Translations under genes and position numbers: made by a program | The notes under the pieces: generated by a model | Databases searched by the model: none | What the model saw: the letters and a program-made list of their open reading frames with translations, nothing else | Told to the model about the DNA's origin: nothing | In this document: positions 35,478 to 44,513 of the stretch, in pieces | Position numbering within the stretch: the stretch's first letter is position 1 | How the letters are laid out: every line of letters begins with the position of its first letter | Assembly: GCA_028819005.1 (NCBI GenBank) | Contig: JAPPMP010000015.1 | Span: 48,897-112,896, forward strand | Source: Acidimicrobiaceae bacterium | GTDB taxonomy: Bacteria; Actinomycetota; Acidimicrobiia; Acidimicrobiales; Aldehydirespiratoraceae | Reading direction: 5' to 3' | Length of the DNA stretch: 64,000 nt

Positions 35478-36049
35478 ACAAAACGGGTCAGCTCCGCGCG
35501 GCGCACGACAGTGGCCCGGCGGGACGGGGGTATTCCCATGGCCCGCTGAACTTCAAGTTCGCTGGCAACACCGACGACGGTCGAGTACAGCGACAAGAGA
35601 AGCATCGACGGATCGGAGCGCCGCAGACGACCGGCTTCCATCTCGCTCTCGAGGAACCGGCGGGCCCGGTCGACAGTCGGGCCGACGTGAGCGCTCAGGC
35701 GTCCGACCGTTATTGATCCCGGGCGCGTGACTTCTCTGACCAGCCCGAGAAGTTCCGGCCTGTTGACCGCCAATCGAAAGATCCGGCGAACGATCGCCTC
35801 CACCTGATCAATGCCGGTCATTCCCCGCGACGCCTCCTGTTCAAACAGTTCAACAAGGTCTTGCGCCGCGGCGTCGATCACCGAATCGAACAGCGCCTGT
35901 TTCGAGGGGAAATAGTAGAGGATGGTCTGCTTTCGCACGCCAAGCTGCTCGGCCAAAGCGTCCAGTGAAGTGGCCGAATAACCGTCCGTGCCGAACGCAG
36001 ACAGTGCCGCATCCAGCACCCGCTGCCGGGTCGGCACGAAATTGTTCAT
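35447..36049 (-). CDS. TetR/AcrR-family transcriptional regulator
   Basis: The N-terminal HTH reads RQRVLDAALSAFGTDGYSATSLDALAEQLGVRKQTILYYFPSKQALF. Confidence 0.9.
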   Translation of the reverse strand: MNNFVPTRQRVLDAALSAFGTDGYSATSLDALAEQLGVRKQTILYYFPSKQALFDSVIDAAAQDLVELFEQEASRGMTGIDQVEAIVRRIFRLAVNRPELLGLVREVTRPGSITVGRLSAHVGPTVDRARRFLESEMEAGRLRRSDPSMLLLSLYSTVVGVASELEVQRAMGIPPSRRATVVRRAELTRFVRAALAPTDA

Positions 36050-36054
36050 GCCTT

Positions 36055-36076
36055 CTCTCTACCATTTGGTAGAGAG
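36055..36076. promoter_or_regulatory. perfect 22-bp palindrome, candidate TetR operator
   Basis: CTCTCTACCA-TT-TGGTAGAGAG lies in the 46-bp divergent gap between the tetR ATG (36049) and the reductase start (36096). Confidence 0.55.
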
Positions 36077-36095
36077 GTTTGCTATAACAAGTACT

Positions 36096-38582
36096 GTGAT
36101 TTCCGCCGAACTGAACAAGACGCGCATCGCGATCACCGGCGCGACCGGCTTCTTGGGCACCGCACTCGTCGAACGACTCCTTCGCTCAGTCCCCGAAAGC
36201 GAGCTGGTCCTAGTGGTACGGCCCGGCCGTCGGGGAGCACAGAATCGCCTGGACCGTGACATCTTCCGCAACGACGCGTTCGAGCGGATCCGCAGCACCT
36301 TCAACGACGAGAGCCATGAGACCTTCGAGGAGATGTGCAGGCGCCGAGTCTTCGCCGTGGCCGGCGACGTGGGCGCCGATGGGCTCGGGCTCGACCCCGA
36401 AGGCCTCGCCCTTCTCGCCACCTGCGACATCGTCATCCACTCAGCCGCCACGGTCAGTTTCGACTCTGCCCTCGATGATGCGGTCGAGATCAACCTGCTA
36501 GGACCCATGCGAGTCGCCGCGGCCATGCGAGCCGCGGCAGCAGCGCGCGAAGAACCCACTCGGGGCGGGCTCGAAACCGGCGAGTCGGCGCACCTGATCG
36601 CGGTGTCCACCTGTTATGTCGCAGGCAGTCGCCGAGGCAGCGCACCCGAAGAACTCATCGACGAGTCGCCGTTCTTCGTAGACGTGGATTGGCAGACCGA
36701 AGTCGACAGCGCCCGGCGCGCCCGAATCGACGCCGAACAGGCGAGCCGCACACCGCAGCGACTCAGCGAACTCGCGAAACAGGCTCGCCGAAGCCTCGGT
36801 GCGGCCGGAGGTCCGGCTCTCACCGACAAGGTCGAACAACTACGCCAGAAGTGGGTCGCTCAACAGTTGACCGACGCAGGCCGGTCGCGGGCTTCGAGCC
36901 TGGGCTTTCCGGACGCTTACGCATTCACAAAGGCGCTCGGTGAACGCGCCCTCGTGGAAACCCGCGGAAACGTGCCGGTGAGCATCGTGCGCCCGTCGAT
37001 CATCGAGTCGGCGTTCGCAGAACCGGCGCCGGGATGGATTCGCGGCTTCCGCATGGCCGAACCAGTCATCGCTGCCTATGCCCGGGGCCTGCTCAAGGAG
37101 TTCCCGGGCATCCCCGAAGGAGTGATCGACATCATTCCGGTGGATCTGGTTGTCGCGACGATTCTCGCGGTCGCAACCCGCGGCCCAGAACACGACGAGA
37201 ACCAGGCGCACAAGCCTGATGTCGTGCAGATCGCCTCGGGCGCAGCTAACCCGCTCATGTACGCGCAGTTGGTCGACCTGGTTCGCAGTTGGTTCAACGA
37301 ACACCCCGTCTACGACGACAGAAACCAGCCGATCTCGGTTCCCGAATGGTCGTTCCCGGGTCGTGGCCGGGTGGTCCGCCAGCTCGGGCGCGCCAAAAAG
37401 ACACTCGACCTGGGCGAGCGGGCCCTGAATGTTCTCCCGTTGCGCGGCAAGCATGCGGACTTCAGCGCTGAACTGGAGGAACGCAAAGAACAACTCGAGC
37501 GGGCCAACGGCTATGTCGAATTGTACGGGGCATACGCAGAGTGCGAAGCGCTCTATCTGCTCGACCGGATGTATGCGCTGTGGGAATCACTCGACGAGGA
37601 CGATCGGCGCGATTTCTCCATGGATCCGCGAGTCGTTCATTGGCCGACGTACGTGCAGAGCGTGCATCTGCCGTCGATGGTCAAGCAGGCCCGCCTGAAG
37701 ATGCAACCCGGCGCAAAGAGCACTCAGTCGCGGTCGGCTCGACTGCGCAAGCAGGTGCTCGCACACGAGCGACAGCTCGCAGTGTTCGATCTGGAGAACA
37801 CGCTGATCGCCAGCAACGTCGTGGCCAGCTACGCATGGCTGGCAACTCGCCATCTAAACGTCGCCGACCGCATGAGCTTCACCATGAAGACCCTGCGGGA
37901 AGCACCTGCGCTGCTTTCGCTGGACCGCCAGGATCGCAGTGATTTCCTGCGCTATTTCTACCGCCGGTTCGAGGGGGCTCCTGTTGAGCTGATGGCTCGA
38001 GACTCACGCGAGATGCTCAGCGACCTGTTGATCGCCAAGTCGTTCCCAGCGGGGATCCGCAGGGTCCGCGAGCATCGGGCGCTGGGTCACAAGACTCTGC
38101 TGATCACCGGGGCGTTGGACTTCGTCGTCGAGCCTTTGCGACCGCTGTTCGATCACATGATCACCGCAGAGATGACCGCGACCAACGGCTCCTACGACGG
38201 TCAACTCATCGCGGTGCCGCCAACCGGTGAGGCCCGCTACCAGACTCTCGTGGATTTCGCCGAGGCTCACGATCTGGATCTGCGTCAAGCCGTGGCGTAT
38301 GCCGACAGCAGTTCCGATCTGCCGATGCTTGAAGCCGTCGGATTCCCGGTGGCTGTCAACGCCGAAACGAAGCTCGCTTCGATCGCCCGCCGCAGGGGTT
38401 GGCTGATCGAGCATTGGGCAAAATCCGCCGGAGCCCCGAACCGGCTGCTTCCCATCAGTCCCCGGGCGCATCGGGAGCCCTCTGCCACCCGACAAAGGGC
38501 CACCCGACAAAGGGCCACCCGACAAAGGGCCAACCGACAAAGGGCCAACCGCCTAAGGGAGGTGACTGCAAATGCCCTCTGA
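36096..38582 (+). CDS. fusion protein: fatty acyl-CoA reductase (NAD_binding_4 / male-sterility type) + HAD-IB-like hydrolase domain, with C-terminal ATRQR repeats
   Basis: The reductase part shows ITGATGFLGTALVERLL and YAFTKALGE (YxxxK). The HAD-like motif I is VFDLENTLIASN, with downstream LITGALDFV and AYADSSSDLPML. GTG 36096 is chosen, and ATG 36048 would overlap the tetR start codon and the palindrome. Confidence 0.8.
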   Translation: MISAELNKTRIAITGATGFLGTALVERLLRSVPESELVLVVRPGRRGAQNRLDRDIFRNDAFERIRSTFNDESHETFEEMCRRRVFAVAGDVGADGLGLDPEGLALLATCDIVIHSAATVSFDSALDDAVEINLLGPMRVAAAMRAAAAAREEPTRGGLETGESAHLIAVSTCYVAGSRRGSAPEELIDESPFFVDVDWQTEVDSARRARIDAEQASRTPQRLSELAKQARRSLGAAGGPALTDKVEQLRQKWVAQQLTDAGRSRASSLGFPDAYAFTKALGERALVETRGNVPVSIVRPSIIESAFAEPAPGWIRGFRMAEPVIAAYARGLLKEFPGIPEGVIDIIPVDLVVATILAVATRGPEHDENQAHKPDVVQIASGAANPLMYAQLVDLVRSWFNEHPVYDDRNQPISVPEWSFPGRGRVVRQLGRAKKTLDLGERALNVLPLRGKHADFSAELEERKEQLERANGYVELYGAYAECEALYLLDRMYALWESLDEDDRRDFSMDPRVVHWPTYVQSVHLPSMVKQARLKMQPGAKSTQSRSARLRKQVLAHERQLAVFDLENTLIASNVVASYAWLATRHLNVADRMSFTMKTLREAPALLSLDRQDRSDFLRYFYRRFEGAPVELMARDSREMLSDLLIAKSFPAGIRRVREHRALGHKTLLITGALDFVVEPLRPLFDHMITAEMTATNGSYDGQLIAVPPTGEARYQTLVDFAEAHDLDLRQAVAYADSSSDLPMLEAVGFPVAVNAETKLASIARRRGWLIEHWAKSAGAPNRLLPISPRAHREPSATRQRATRQRATRQRANRQRANRLREVTANAL
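38484..38551 (+). repeat. 15-bp coding tandem repeat (about 4.5 units) encoding (A-T/N-R-Q-R)n
   Basis: GCCACCCGACAAAGG occurs three times, then GCCAACCGACAAAGG and a partial unit. The repeat ends about 20 bp before the next gene's start. Confidence 0.95.
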
Positions 38583-40188
38583 TCCTCGACGCAAGGCGCC
38601 CAGGCCCGGTTTCGTGCTCGATGTGGACAAGTCGACTCCCCCGATCCTGTTCCACCACGGTGAGCAGTTCCGTCTCGAGAAACTGCCCGCAGACCGCAGC
38701 CGCGTGATCTATCCCGCAGAACCCCTGCCCGGGTTGCAAGACCCCGACGAGGCGATCCGCGAAGCACTGCTCAACCCGATCAATGAAGACCCGCTGCCCG
38801 CGTTGCTGTGGGCGGGAATGAAGCTGACGATCGCCTTCGACGATCTGTCGCTGCCGCTGCCGTCGATGCGCCGGCCCGACATCCGCCAGCGGATCATCGA
38901 GCAGGTCCTCGACATGGCAGCAGCGGCAGCCGTGGACGACGTCCACCTCATCGCGGCTCTGGCTCTGCATCGCCGGATGACTGAGGCCGAATTGCGTCAC
39001 GCCCTCGGTGATCGCATCTACGACGCATTCGCTCCCCAGCAGACGCTCTACAACCACGACGCCGAAGATCCCGACGGCATGGTAGAGCTGGGTCTGACCC
39101 GCCACGACGAGCAGGTGACCATGAACCGGAGAGCCGCCGAATCGGATCTGCTGATCTACGTCAACCTCAACATTGTCTCGATGGACGGCGGTTGGAAGTC
39201 AACAGCAACCGGCCTCTCGGACTACAAGGGGGTGCGTCATCATCACAACGTGGCGACGATGCAGAACTCGAAGAGTTTCATGGATCGCCACTCCTCGGAA
39301 CTGCATCACTCGAACTGGCGCCAAGGTGAAGTGATCAAGGCTCACGGCCCCCGGATCTTCCAGATCGAAACGACGATCAACAACAACACCTTCGGCTACG
39401 ACGGTCCCCTGTCGGTCCTGCAAAAACGCGAATGGGAGTGGTCCGCTCGCGACCGGGCGACCTTCATCGGAATGAAGAACGGCCTCGACGTGATGCCATC
39501 GGCCGCGCGGCGCAAGATCTTCCAAGCTTGGCAGGCGCCGTACGAACTCACGTCGGTCCAGGCCGGCGAGGTGGAATCAGTCCACCAGCAGACCCTTGAG
39601 AACGTCTTCACGCAACACATCGTGCCCGTCGAGGGACAGACCGACGTGTTGACTTTCGGCCTTCCCTACATCTGCCCCTACAACGTCAACTCGGTTATGA
39701 ACCCGATCCTGGTGATGTGCCTCGGACTCGGCTACTTCTTCAACCTCTACCGAGGCAGACCCCTGGTGCGCGAGGGCGGCGTGGTGATCATGAGCCATCC
39801 CACACCATGGGAGTTCCACCCCGTTCATCACCCCAGCTACATCGATTTCTTCGAGCAGGTGCTGGGCGACACCACCGATCCGATTGAGATCGAGAAGCGC
39901 TACGAGGAACAGTTCGCCTACGACGAGTGGTACATCCACCTGTACCGCAACAGCTACGCATACCACGGAGTCCACCCGTTCTACATGTGGTACTGGGGGG
40001 CGCACGCTCTGCAATGGCTCGGACGGGTCATTGTCGTCGGCGGCGACCCGCGGTCGGTCCGCCGCCTCGGCTTCCAGCCGGCGTCCACCATGCAAGACGC
40101 GCTGGAGATGGCCGGCGATGTAGTCGGCCCTGATCCCTCGATCACGCATTTCCACAATCCGCCGATTCTGATGGCGGACGTGACATGA
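38572..40188 (+). CDS. LarA-like (lactate racemase N-terminal domain / DUF2088) protein, 538 aa
   Basis: IAALALHRRMTEAEL resembles the LarA G-T-H-R-x-M-T segment. SMDGGWKS resembles the GG-x-K-S segment that carries the cofactor-tethering Lys. A strong SD AAGGGAGGTG precedes the ATG, which overlaps the upstream gene by 11 bp. Confidence 0.75.
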   Translation: MPSDPRRKAPRPGFVLDVDKSTPPILFHHGEQFRLEKLPADRSRVIYPAEPLPGLQDPDEAIREALLNPINEDPLPALLWAGMKLTIAFDDLSLPLPSMRRPDIRQRIIEQVLDMAAAAAVDDVHLIAALALHRRMTEAELRHALGDRIYDAFAPQQTLYNHDAEDPDGMVELGLTRHDEQVTMNRRAAESDLLIYVNLNIVSMDGGWKSTATGLSDYKGVRHHHNVATMQNSKSFMDRHSSELHHSNWRQGEVIKAHGPRIFQIETTINNNTFGYDGPLSVLQKREWEWSARDRATFIGMKNGLDVMPSAARRKIFQAWQAPYELTSVQAGEVESVHQQTLENVFTQHIVPVEGQTDVLTFGLPYICPYNVNSVMNPILVMCLGLGYFFNLYRGRPLVREGGVVIMSHPTPWEFHPVHHPSYIDFFEQVLGDTTDPIEIEKRYEEQFAYDEWYIHLYRNSYAYHGVHPFYMWYWGAHALQWLGRVIVVGGDPRSVRRLGFQPASTMQDALEMAGDVVGPDPSITHFHNPPILMADVT

Positions 40189-41138
40189 GCCGCCTGGCCA
40201 AGCAACTCAGCCTGCCGCCGCTGCCGCGGGCACTCTCGCCGATCCGCCGTTATCGAGCCCTCGGTTTCCCCTACCGCGCGCCGTCGACTCCTCGCGGTGC
40301 AGCCCCCGCTCCCAAGACCATCCACAGCGGCGCCGACTACGACGCGAGCTGGGCCCGCAAGTACCCCGCTCGTCTGGCGAGGGCCGCGATCGTGGACGGC
40401 CCGATGCGGTTGGCCGTTACCGGACTGGCTGCGCCGGACCGCCGAGGACAGGATCGCTTGGCGTCGCTGCAGGGCCCGGCCATCTTTGCAGCCAATCATC
40501 ACAGCCATCTCGACACGCCGCTGCTGTTGACGTCGATTCCCGAACCGTGGCGCCACCAGATCCTGGTGGGCGCCGCGGCCGACTACTTCTTCGGGACCCG
40601 GCTGACATCAGCGTTGTCTTCTTTGGTGATCGGGGCGATTCCGATCGAGCGCAGCCGAGTGAGCCGTCGTTCCGCAGATCAGGCAGCCGATCTGGTCGCG
40701 CAAGGTTGGAGCTTGCTGCTGTTCCCCGAGGGCGGTCGCAGTCCCGACGGTTGGGGTCAGCCGTTCCGCGGCGGAGCCGCATATCTGGCGCAGAAGTCTG
40801 GGAAACCCGTTGTGCCGATCCACATCGAGGGCACCGGGCGCATATTGCGGAAGGGCAAATCACTGCCCCGCCCCTCGGCCGCGTCGGTCACTTTCGGCAG
40901 GCCGCTGCGACCGAGTCAAGACGAGAACACCGTTCGCTTCGCAGCCCGTATTGAAGCCGAGGTGTCGGCGCTCGCCGATGAGGCCTCCTCGGACTGGTAC
41001 CGAGCCCGGATCAGAGCCCACGCGGGCGCCACGCCGCAGCTAACCGGTCCCTCCACGGGAGCCTGGCGCAGGGCTTGGGCGCTCGGTGACCGCTCACGCC
41101 GGGCACGCCGGCGAACTCGGCGCTGGCCCAATCTCTGA
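40185..41138 (+). CDS. 1-acyl-sn-glycerol-3-phosphate acyltransferase family (PlsC-type) protein
   Basis: It carries the HX4D motif NHHSHLD and the FPEGGRS motif. An ATGA overlap links it to the LarA-like gene. Confidence 0.85.
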   Translation: MSRLAKQLSLPPLPRALSPIRRYRALGFPYRAPSTPRGAAPAPKTIHSGADYDASWARKYPARLARAAIVDGPMRLAVTGLAAPDRRGQDRLASLQGPAIFAANHHSHLDTPLLLTSIPEPWRHQILVGAAADYFFGTRLTSALSSLVIGAIPIERSRVSRRSADQAADLVAQGWSLLLFPEGGRSPDGWGQPFRGGAAYLAQKSGKPVVPIHIEGTGRILRKGKSLPRPSAASVTFGRPLRPSQDENTVRFAARIEAEVSALADEASSDWYRARIRAHAGATPQLTGPSTGAWRRAWALGDRSRRARRRTRRWPNL

Positions 41139-41183
41139 GAGCGCCTGGACTTCTGGGCGGACAACCGCGGACGTTAGGCTCTG

Positions 41184-42062
41184 ATGATGCGCTTCTCGTA
41201 TGCGGAGTCAATGATCGACCCAACGATGTATGCACCGCTCGTGCAGGCGGCAGAGGCGGCGGGGTTCGACAATTTCGTTGTTCCCGACTCGATCTGCTAC
41301 CCACTCGACGCCGACACCAAATACCCGTACAACGCCGACGGCAGCCGCGAGTTCCTCGAAGGCAAACCGTTCATCGAGCCCTTCTCTTTGATCCCCGCGC
41401 TGGCAGCGGTCACCGAACGCATAAGTTTCACCACGTTCGTCGTGAAACTCCCTATCCGGCATCCCGTCCTGGTGGCCAAGCAGGTCACTTCGGTCGGCGT
41501 GATCACCAACGGGCGTTTCCGGTTCGGCGTCGGCACCAGCCCCTGGCGCGAAGACTACGACGTCGCGGGCGTACCGTGGGAGAGGCGCGGCGCACGCATG
41601 GACGAGTGCATCGAGATCATCAACGGACTCCAAACCGGGGAGTTCTTCGGCTACTCCGGCGAGTTCTACGAGATCCCCGACATTCAACTCCGACCGGTTC
41701 CCGAACAGAGGGTTCCGATCCTGGTCGGCGGACACTCGGCGATGGCCCTCGAACGTGCCGGGCGGTTGGGAGACGGTTGGATCCACGCCGGTGGAGAACC
41801 CGGCGAGCTGGCCCGCATGATGTCGGTGGTCGAGGAGTCTCGCCGACGCCACGGTCGGGCCGATCTGCCCTTCGACGTCCTCGCCATCAGTGTCGACGCC
41901 TACTCCCCCGAGGGTATCGAACGGCTCGAAGCGGCCGGGGTGACAGACGTGATCGTCGGTTTCCGAGACGCCTATTCGCCCGGACCCGACACCCAACCAC
42001 TAGAGGAGAAACTCGGCGCACTGCAGTGGTACGCCGACGAAGTCCTCGCCAAAGTCCTCTAA
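41184..42062 (+). CDS. LLM-class (luciferase-like) oxidoreductase, probably F420-dependent
   Basis: The protein is luciferase-like monooxygenase-type over its whole length (...FDNFVVPDS..., ...RFRFGVGTSPWREDY...). The cofactor assignment is inference. Confidence 0.8.
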   Translation: MMRFSYAESMIDPTMYAPLVQAAEAAGFDNFVVPDSICYPLDADTKYPYNADGSREFLEGKPFIEPFSLIPALAAVTERISFTTFVVKLPIRHPVLVAKQVTSVGVITNGRFRFGVGTSPWREDYDVAGVPWERRGARMDECIEIINGLQTGEFFGYSGEFYEIPDIQLRPVPEQRVPILVGGHSAMALERAGRLGDGWIHAGGEPGELARMMSVVEESRRRHGRADLPFDVLAISVDAYSPEGIERLEAAGVTDVIVGFRDAYSPGPDTQPLEEKLGALQWYADEVLAKVL

Positions 42063-42154
42063 CAGCGCCCAGTTCCCCTCTCCATCCCGACCCGGCCGAC
42101 TAACTTCGCGACTGGAGGGAACCAAACGCCCTTTCCGGGCGTCGTTGGGGGGTA

Positions 42155-42685
42155 ATGGAGACGATTGCAGTTATGTCAAACGATGGCCCGACATTCTCGG
42201 TCGCCGCGATGGAGCCGGTCGAGTCGGACAACGGGTTTGTTGTCGGCAAGTTCGACGATCTCTACCGGGCCGAATATGCGCCAATGGTGAAACTCGCCCG
42301 GGGACTGGTGGACTCATCTGAGCGCGCCGAGGAAATCGTGCAGGACGCTTTTGCCAAGGTCTTCGAGCGGTGGGACCGTCTCCGTGCGCCCGGTGGCTAT
42401 CTGCGCATCAGTGTGATCAACGGTGCTCGCAGCGAACTCCGCAAGCGTGAAGTGAGTCGAAGGCTCGGCTTGGCACGACGAGCTGAAGACGCCGCCACCG
42501 AACGGGACTATCTGCTCGACGCCCTCGATCAACTTCCGGCGAAACAAAAAACGGTTCTGGTGCTGCGCTTTTATGCAGACATGTCCGAAAGGGAGATCGC
42601 CGACACTTTGGGCATTCGCCCCGGAACCGTGAAGAGCGCGACCTCGAGAGGACTGGCACGACTGCGAAAGGCCCTTGAACAATGA
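42155..42685 (+). CDS. ECF-type RNA polymerase sigma factor
   Basis: Region 2 reads ...AEEIVQDAFAKVFERWDRL and region 4 reads QKTVLVLRFYADMSEREIADTLGIRPGTVKSATSRGLARLR. Confidence 0.85.
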   Translation: METIAVMSNDGPTFSVAAMEPVESDNGFVVGKFDDLYRAEYAPMVKLARGLVDSSERAEEIVQDAFAKVFERWDRLRAPGGYLRISVINGARSELRKREVSRRLGLARRAEDAATERDYLLDALDQLPAKQKTVLVLRFYADMSEREIADTLGIRPGTVKSATSRGLARLRKALEQ

Positions 42686-44307
42686 ACAACGAACCGAGAA
42701 CCACACAGGAACTGAACGACGCCGACGAAACGCTCGGTTCTGCGATCAGCTCAGCCATAAACGCCCAGGTCGACGCACCTGTCGCAACGCCTCCCGTATC
42801 GCTGATCGCCGAGCGGGCCGAAGCCCGGGCCCGGACCCGAGCTATTCAACGAACGGTGGTCGGAATCGCCGCTTCGATAACCCTGCTGGCAGGCGGACTC
42901 GTCGCATACAATGCGTTCGCCGACGACGCCACCGCCGACATCGTCGCCACCGAGCCCTCTGTCACGACGGCGACGACTCCGGCGGACTCCGCTCCCGAGT
43001 CATCGGACGAGACCGCTGCGCCCACCGAAAACGATGTGCCGGCGCCGGTCTTCGCTCAACAAGACGCCGCTGAGCTGTTCGGAACCGACACGCATGTCGA
43101 AGGCCTCCAAACTATCGGCGACGGACGTGTGATGGCCGTCGCCTACGGCGAGACTCACACAAATCTGATCATCACCGACAACGGCGAGGACTGGACCCAG
43201 ATATCCCTCCCCGACGGCGCCTCACCCGACATCGTCGACCTCTCCGGTCCTCGATGGTTGATAACGACTCTGGATTGGGAGGGACCCCCACGGAGTTACT
43301 TCTCCGATGATGAGGGGGCCAGCTGGTCCGAAGTCGACCTGAGCGCCGTGGATGGGCAGTCGCCCACACTGGTAAACGCGCTCGTTTCGGGCGAGAAACT
43401 GCTGTTCATCTTCAAGGGAGCGATCGACTACGAAGGACAGAACCGCGAAGTGCTGGCGTTGATCGAAGAGCAAGGCCTCGTGTCGGCCGGAACCGCGATC
43501 GGAGGCTGGGAGATTCAGGGAACCACCCTCTGTTTCGTTCCCGACACATCCGATGCTCCGACATTCGACCTGTGCGGCGACCAAGACCACGCCACGACCG
43601 CCGCGCCATACGAGTTCGAACTCAGCGACCAGGACCTGGAAGCAATCGGTCAATACCGGGCACCCGGCGATCAGATTCAGATTTACGCGAGCGACGGTGG
43701 AGCCGCAACTCTCTCGGCCGTATACGAAAGCTGGCACACTACAGCCGACAGCGATTCCGCGGGCTTCTACATTGCCATGACAACACCAACCGATGGGTTG
43801 TTGATCACCTCAGCCGACGGGTACGGGTGGACCGAGACTTCGATCGACTCGCTATCACTCGACGCCGCGCTATCACTCGACGCCGGAGTGCTGACGACGT
43901 TCCGAACCGACCACTGGTTCGTCAGAAGCTCCGACCAGGGTTTGACCATTCAATCGCTGGCCCAGATGGCCAACGAGACCCCCCTCTCGGTCACGATCCC
44001 GGCCGCTGAGAGTCTCTTGTCTCTGGAGACGGGACCCTCAGCGATGGCGGCGACCGTCTTCAGCTTCACCGGCGACGCAACCGATCCAACCGAGGGAGTT
44101 CAACTGATCGGCTGGTCCCACGACGGCAAGTCATGGAACTTGCGAAGCCCCTCCGAAGCGTTCGGGATCGGCTACGACGAAGTCTCGGTCACCTTGGCCG
44201 TAGGCGACCACTATGTGTTGGCTCATGTCACCGGCTTCGAACCCGCCGCCACCGACGAGGGTCTAGTAGCGCAACCCCCGAAGTGGTTCAAAGCGACCAT
44301 TGAGTAG
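42682..44307 (+). CDS. single-pass membrane protein, putative anti-sigma factor with large extracytoplasmic domain
   Basis: An ATGA overlap links it to the sigma gene. One TM segment (VVGIAASITLLAGGLVAY) is followed by about 450 aa of unassigned domain. Confidence 0.55.
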   Translation: MNNEPRTTQELNDADETLGSAISSAINAQVDAPVATPPVSLIAERAEARARTRAIQRTVVGIAASITLLAGGLVAYNAFADDATADIVATEPSVTTATTPADSAPESSDETAAPTENDVPAPVFAQQDAAELFGTDTHVEGLQTIGDGRVMAVAYGETHTNLIITDNGEDWTQISLPDGASPDIVDLSGPRWLITTLDWEGPPRSYFSDDEGASWSEVDLSAVDGQSPTLVNALVSGEKLLFIFKGAIDYEGQNREVLALIEEQGLVSAGTAIGGWEIQGTTLCFVPDTSDAPTFDLCGDQDHATTAAPYEFELSDQDLEAIGQYRAPGDQIQIYASDGGAATLSAVYESWHTTADSDSAGFYIAMTTPTDGLLITSADGYGWTETSIDSLSLDAALSLDAGVLTTFRTDHWFVRSSDQGLTIQSLAQMANETPLSVTIPAAESLLSLETGPSAMAATVFSFTGDATDPTEGVQLIGWSHDGKSWNLRSPSEAFGIGYDEVSVTLAVGDHYVLAHVTGFEPAATDEGLVAQPPKWFKATIE

Positions 44308-44367
44308 ACCCCGATGCAGCGGACCGCCGAACACGCATAACCTGAAGCACACAGTCCCCTCCAAGCC

Positions 44368-44413
44368 CTGTGGGCGGCCGAAGCGCTCCCCCCAACGCTT
44401 CAGCCGCCCACAG
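44368..44413 (+). terminator. 18-bp-stem hairpin downstream of the anti-sigma gene
   Basis: CTGTGGGCGGCCGAAGCG-(10 nt)-CGCTTCAGCCGCCCACAG has one mismatch. There is no T-tract, so an intrinsic-terminator role is tentative. Confidence 0.4.
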
Positions 44414-44513
44414 TCGGGGGCACAAACGAAAGAACTTCGGACGCACGGCGGGTTTCGGGTATTCGGGGGACTTGTATAGTGGAAGCAAGGCCCCCAACAG
44501 AACAGGTCCGAAC

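Noticed and set aside
35988-36095. Longer start models (ATG 35988, ATG 36048, TTG 36066) for the reductase-HAD gene.
   Set aside because: They would overlap the divergent tetR coding sequence or start codon and place the perfect 22-bp palindrome inside coding sequence. GTG 36096 leaves a normal 10-residue lead before the GATGFLG motif. The start remains unverified.
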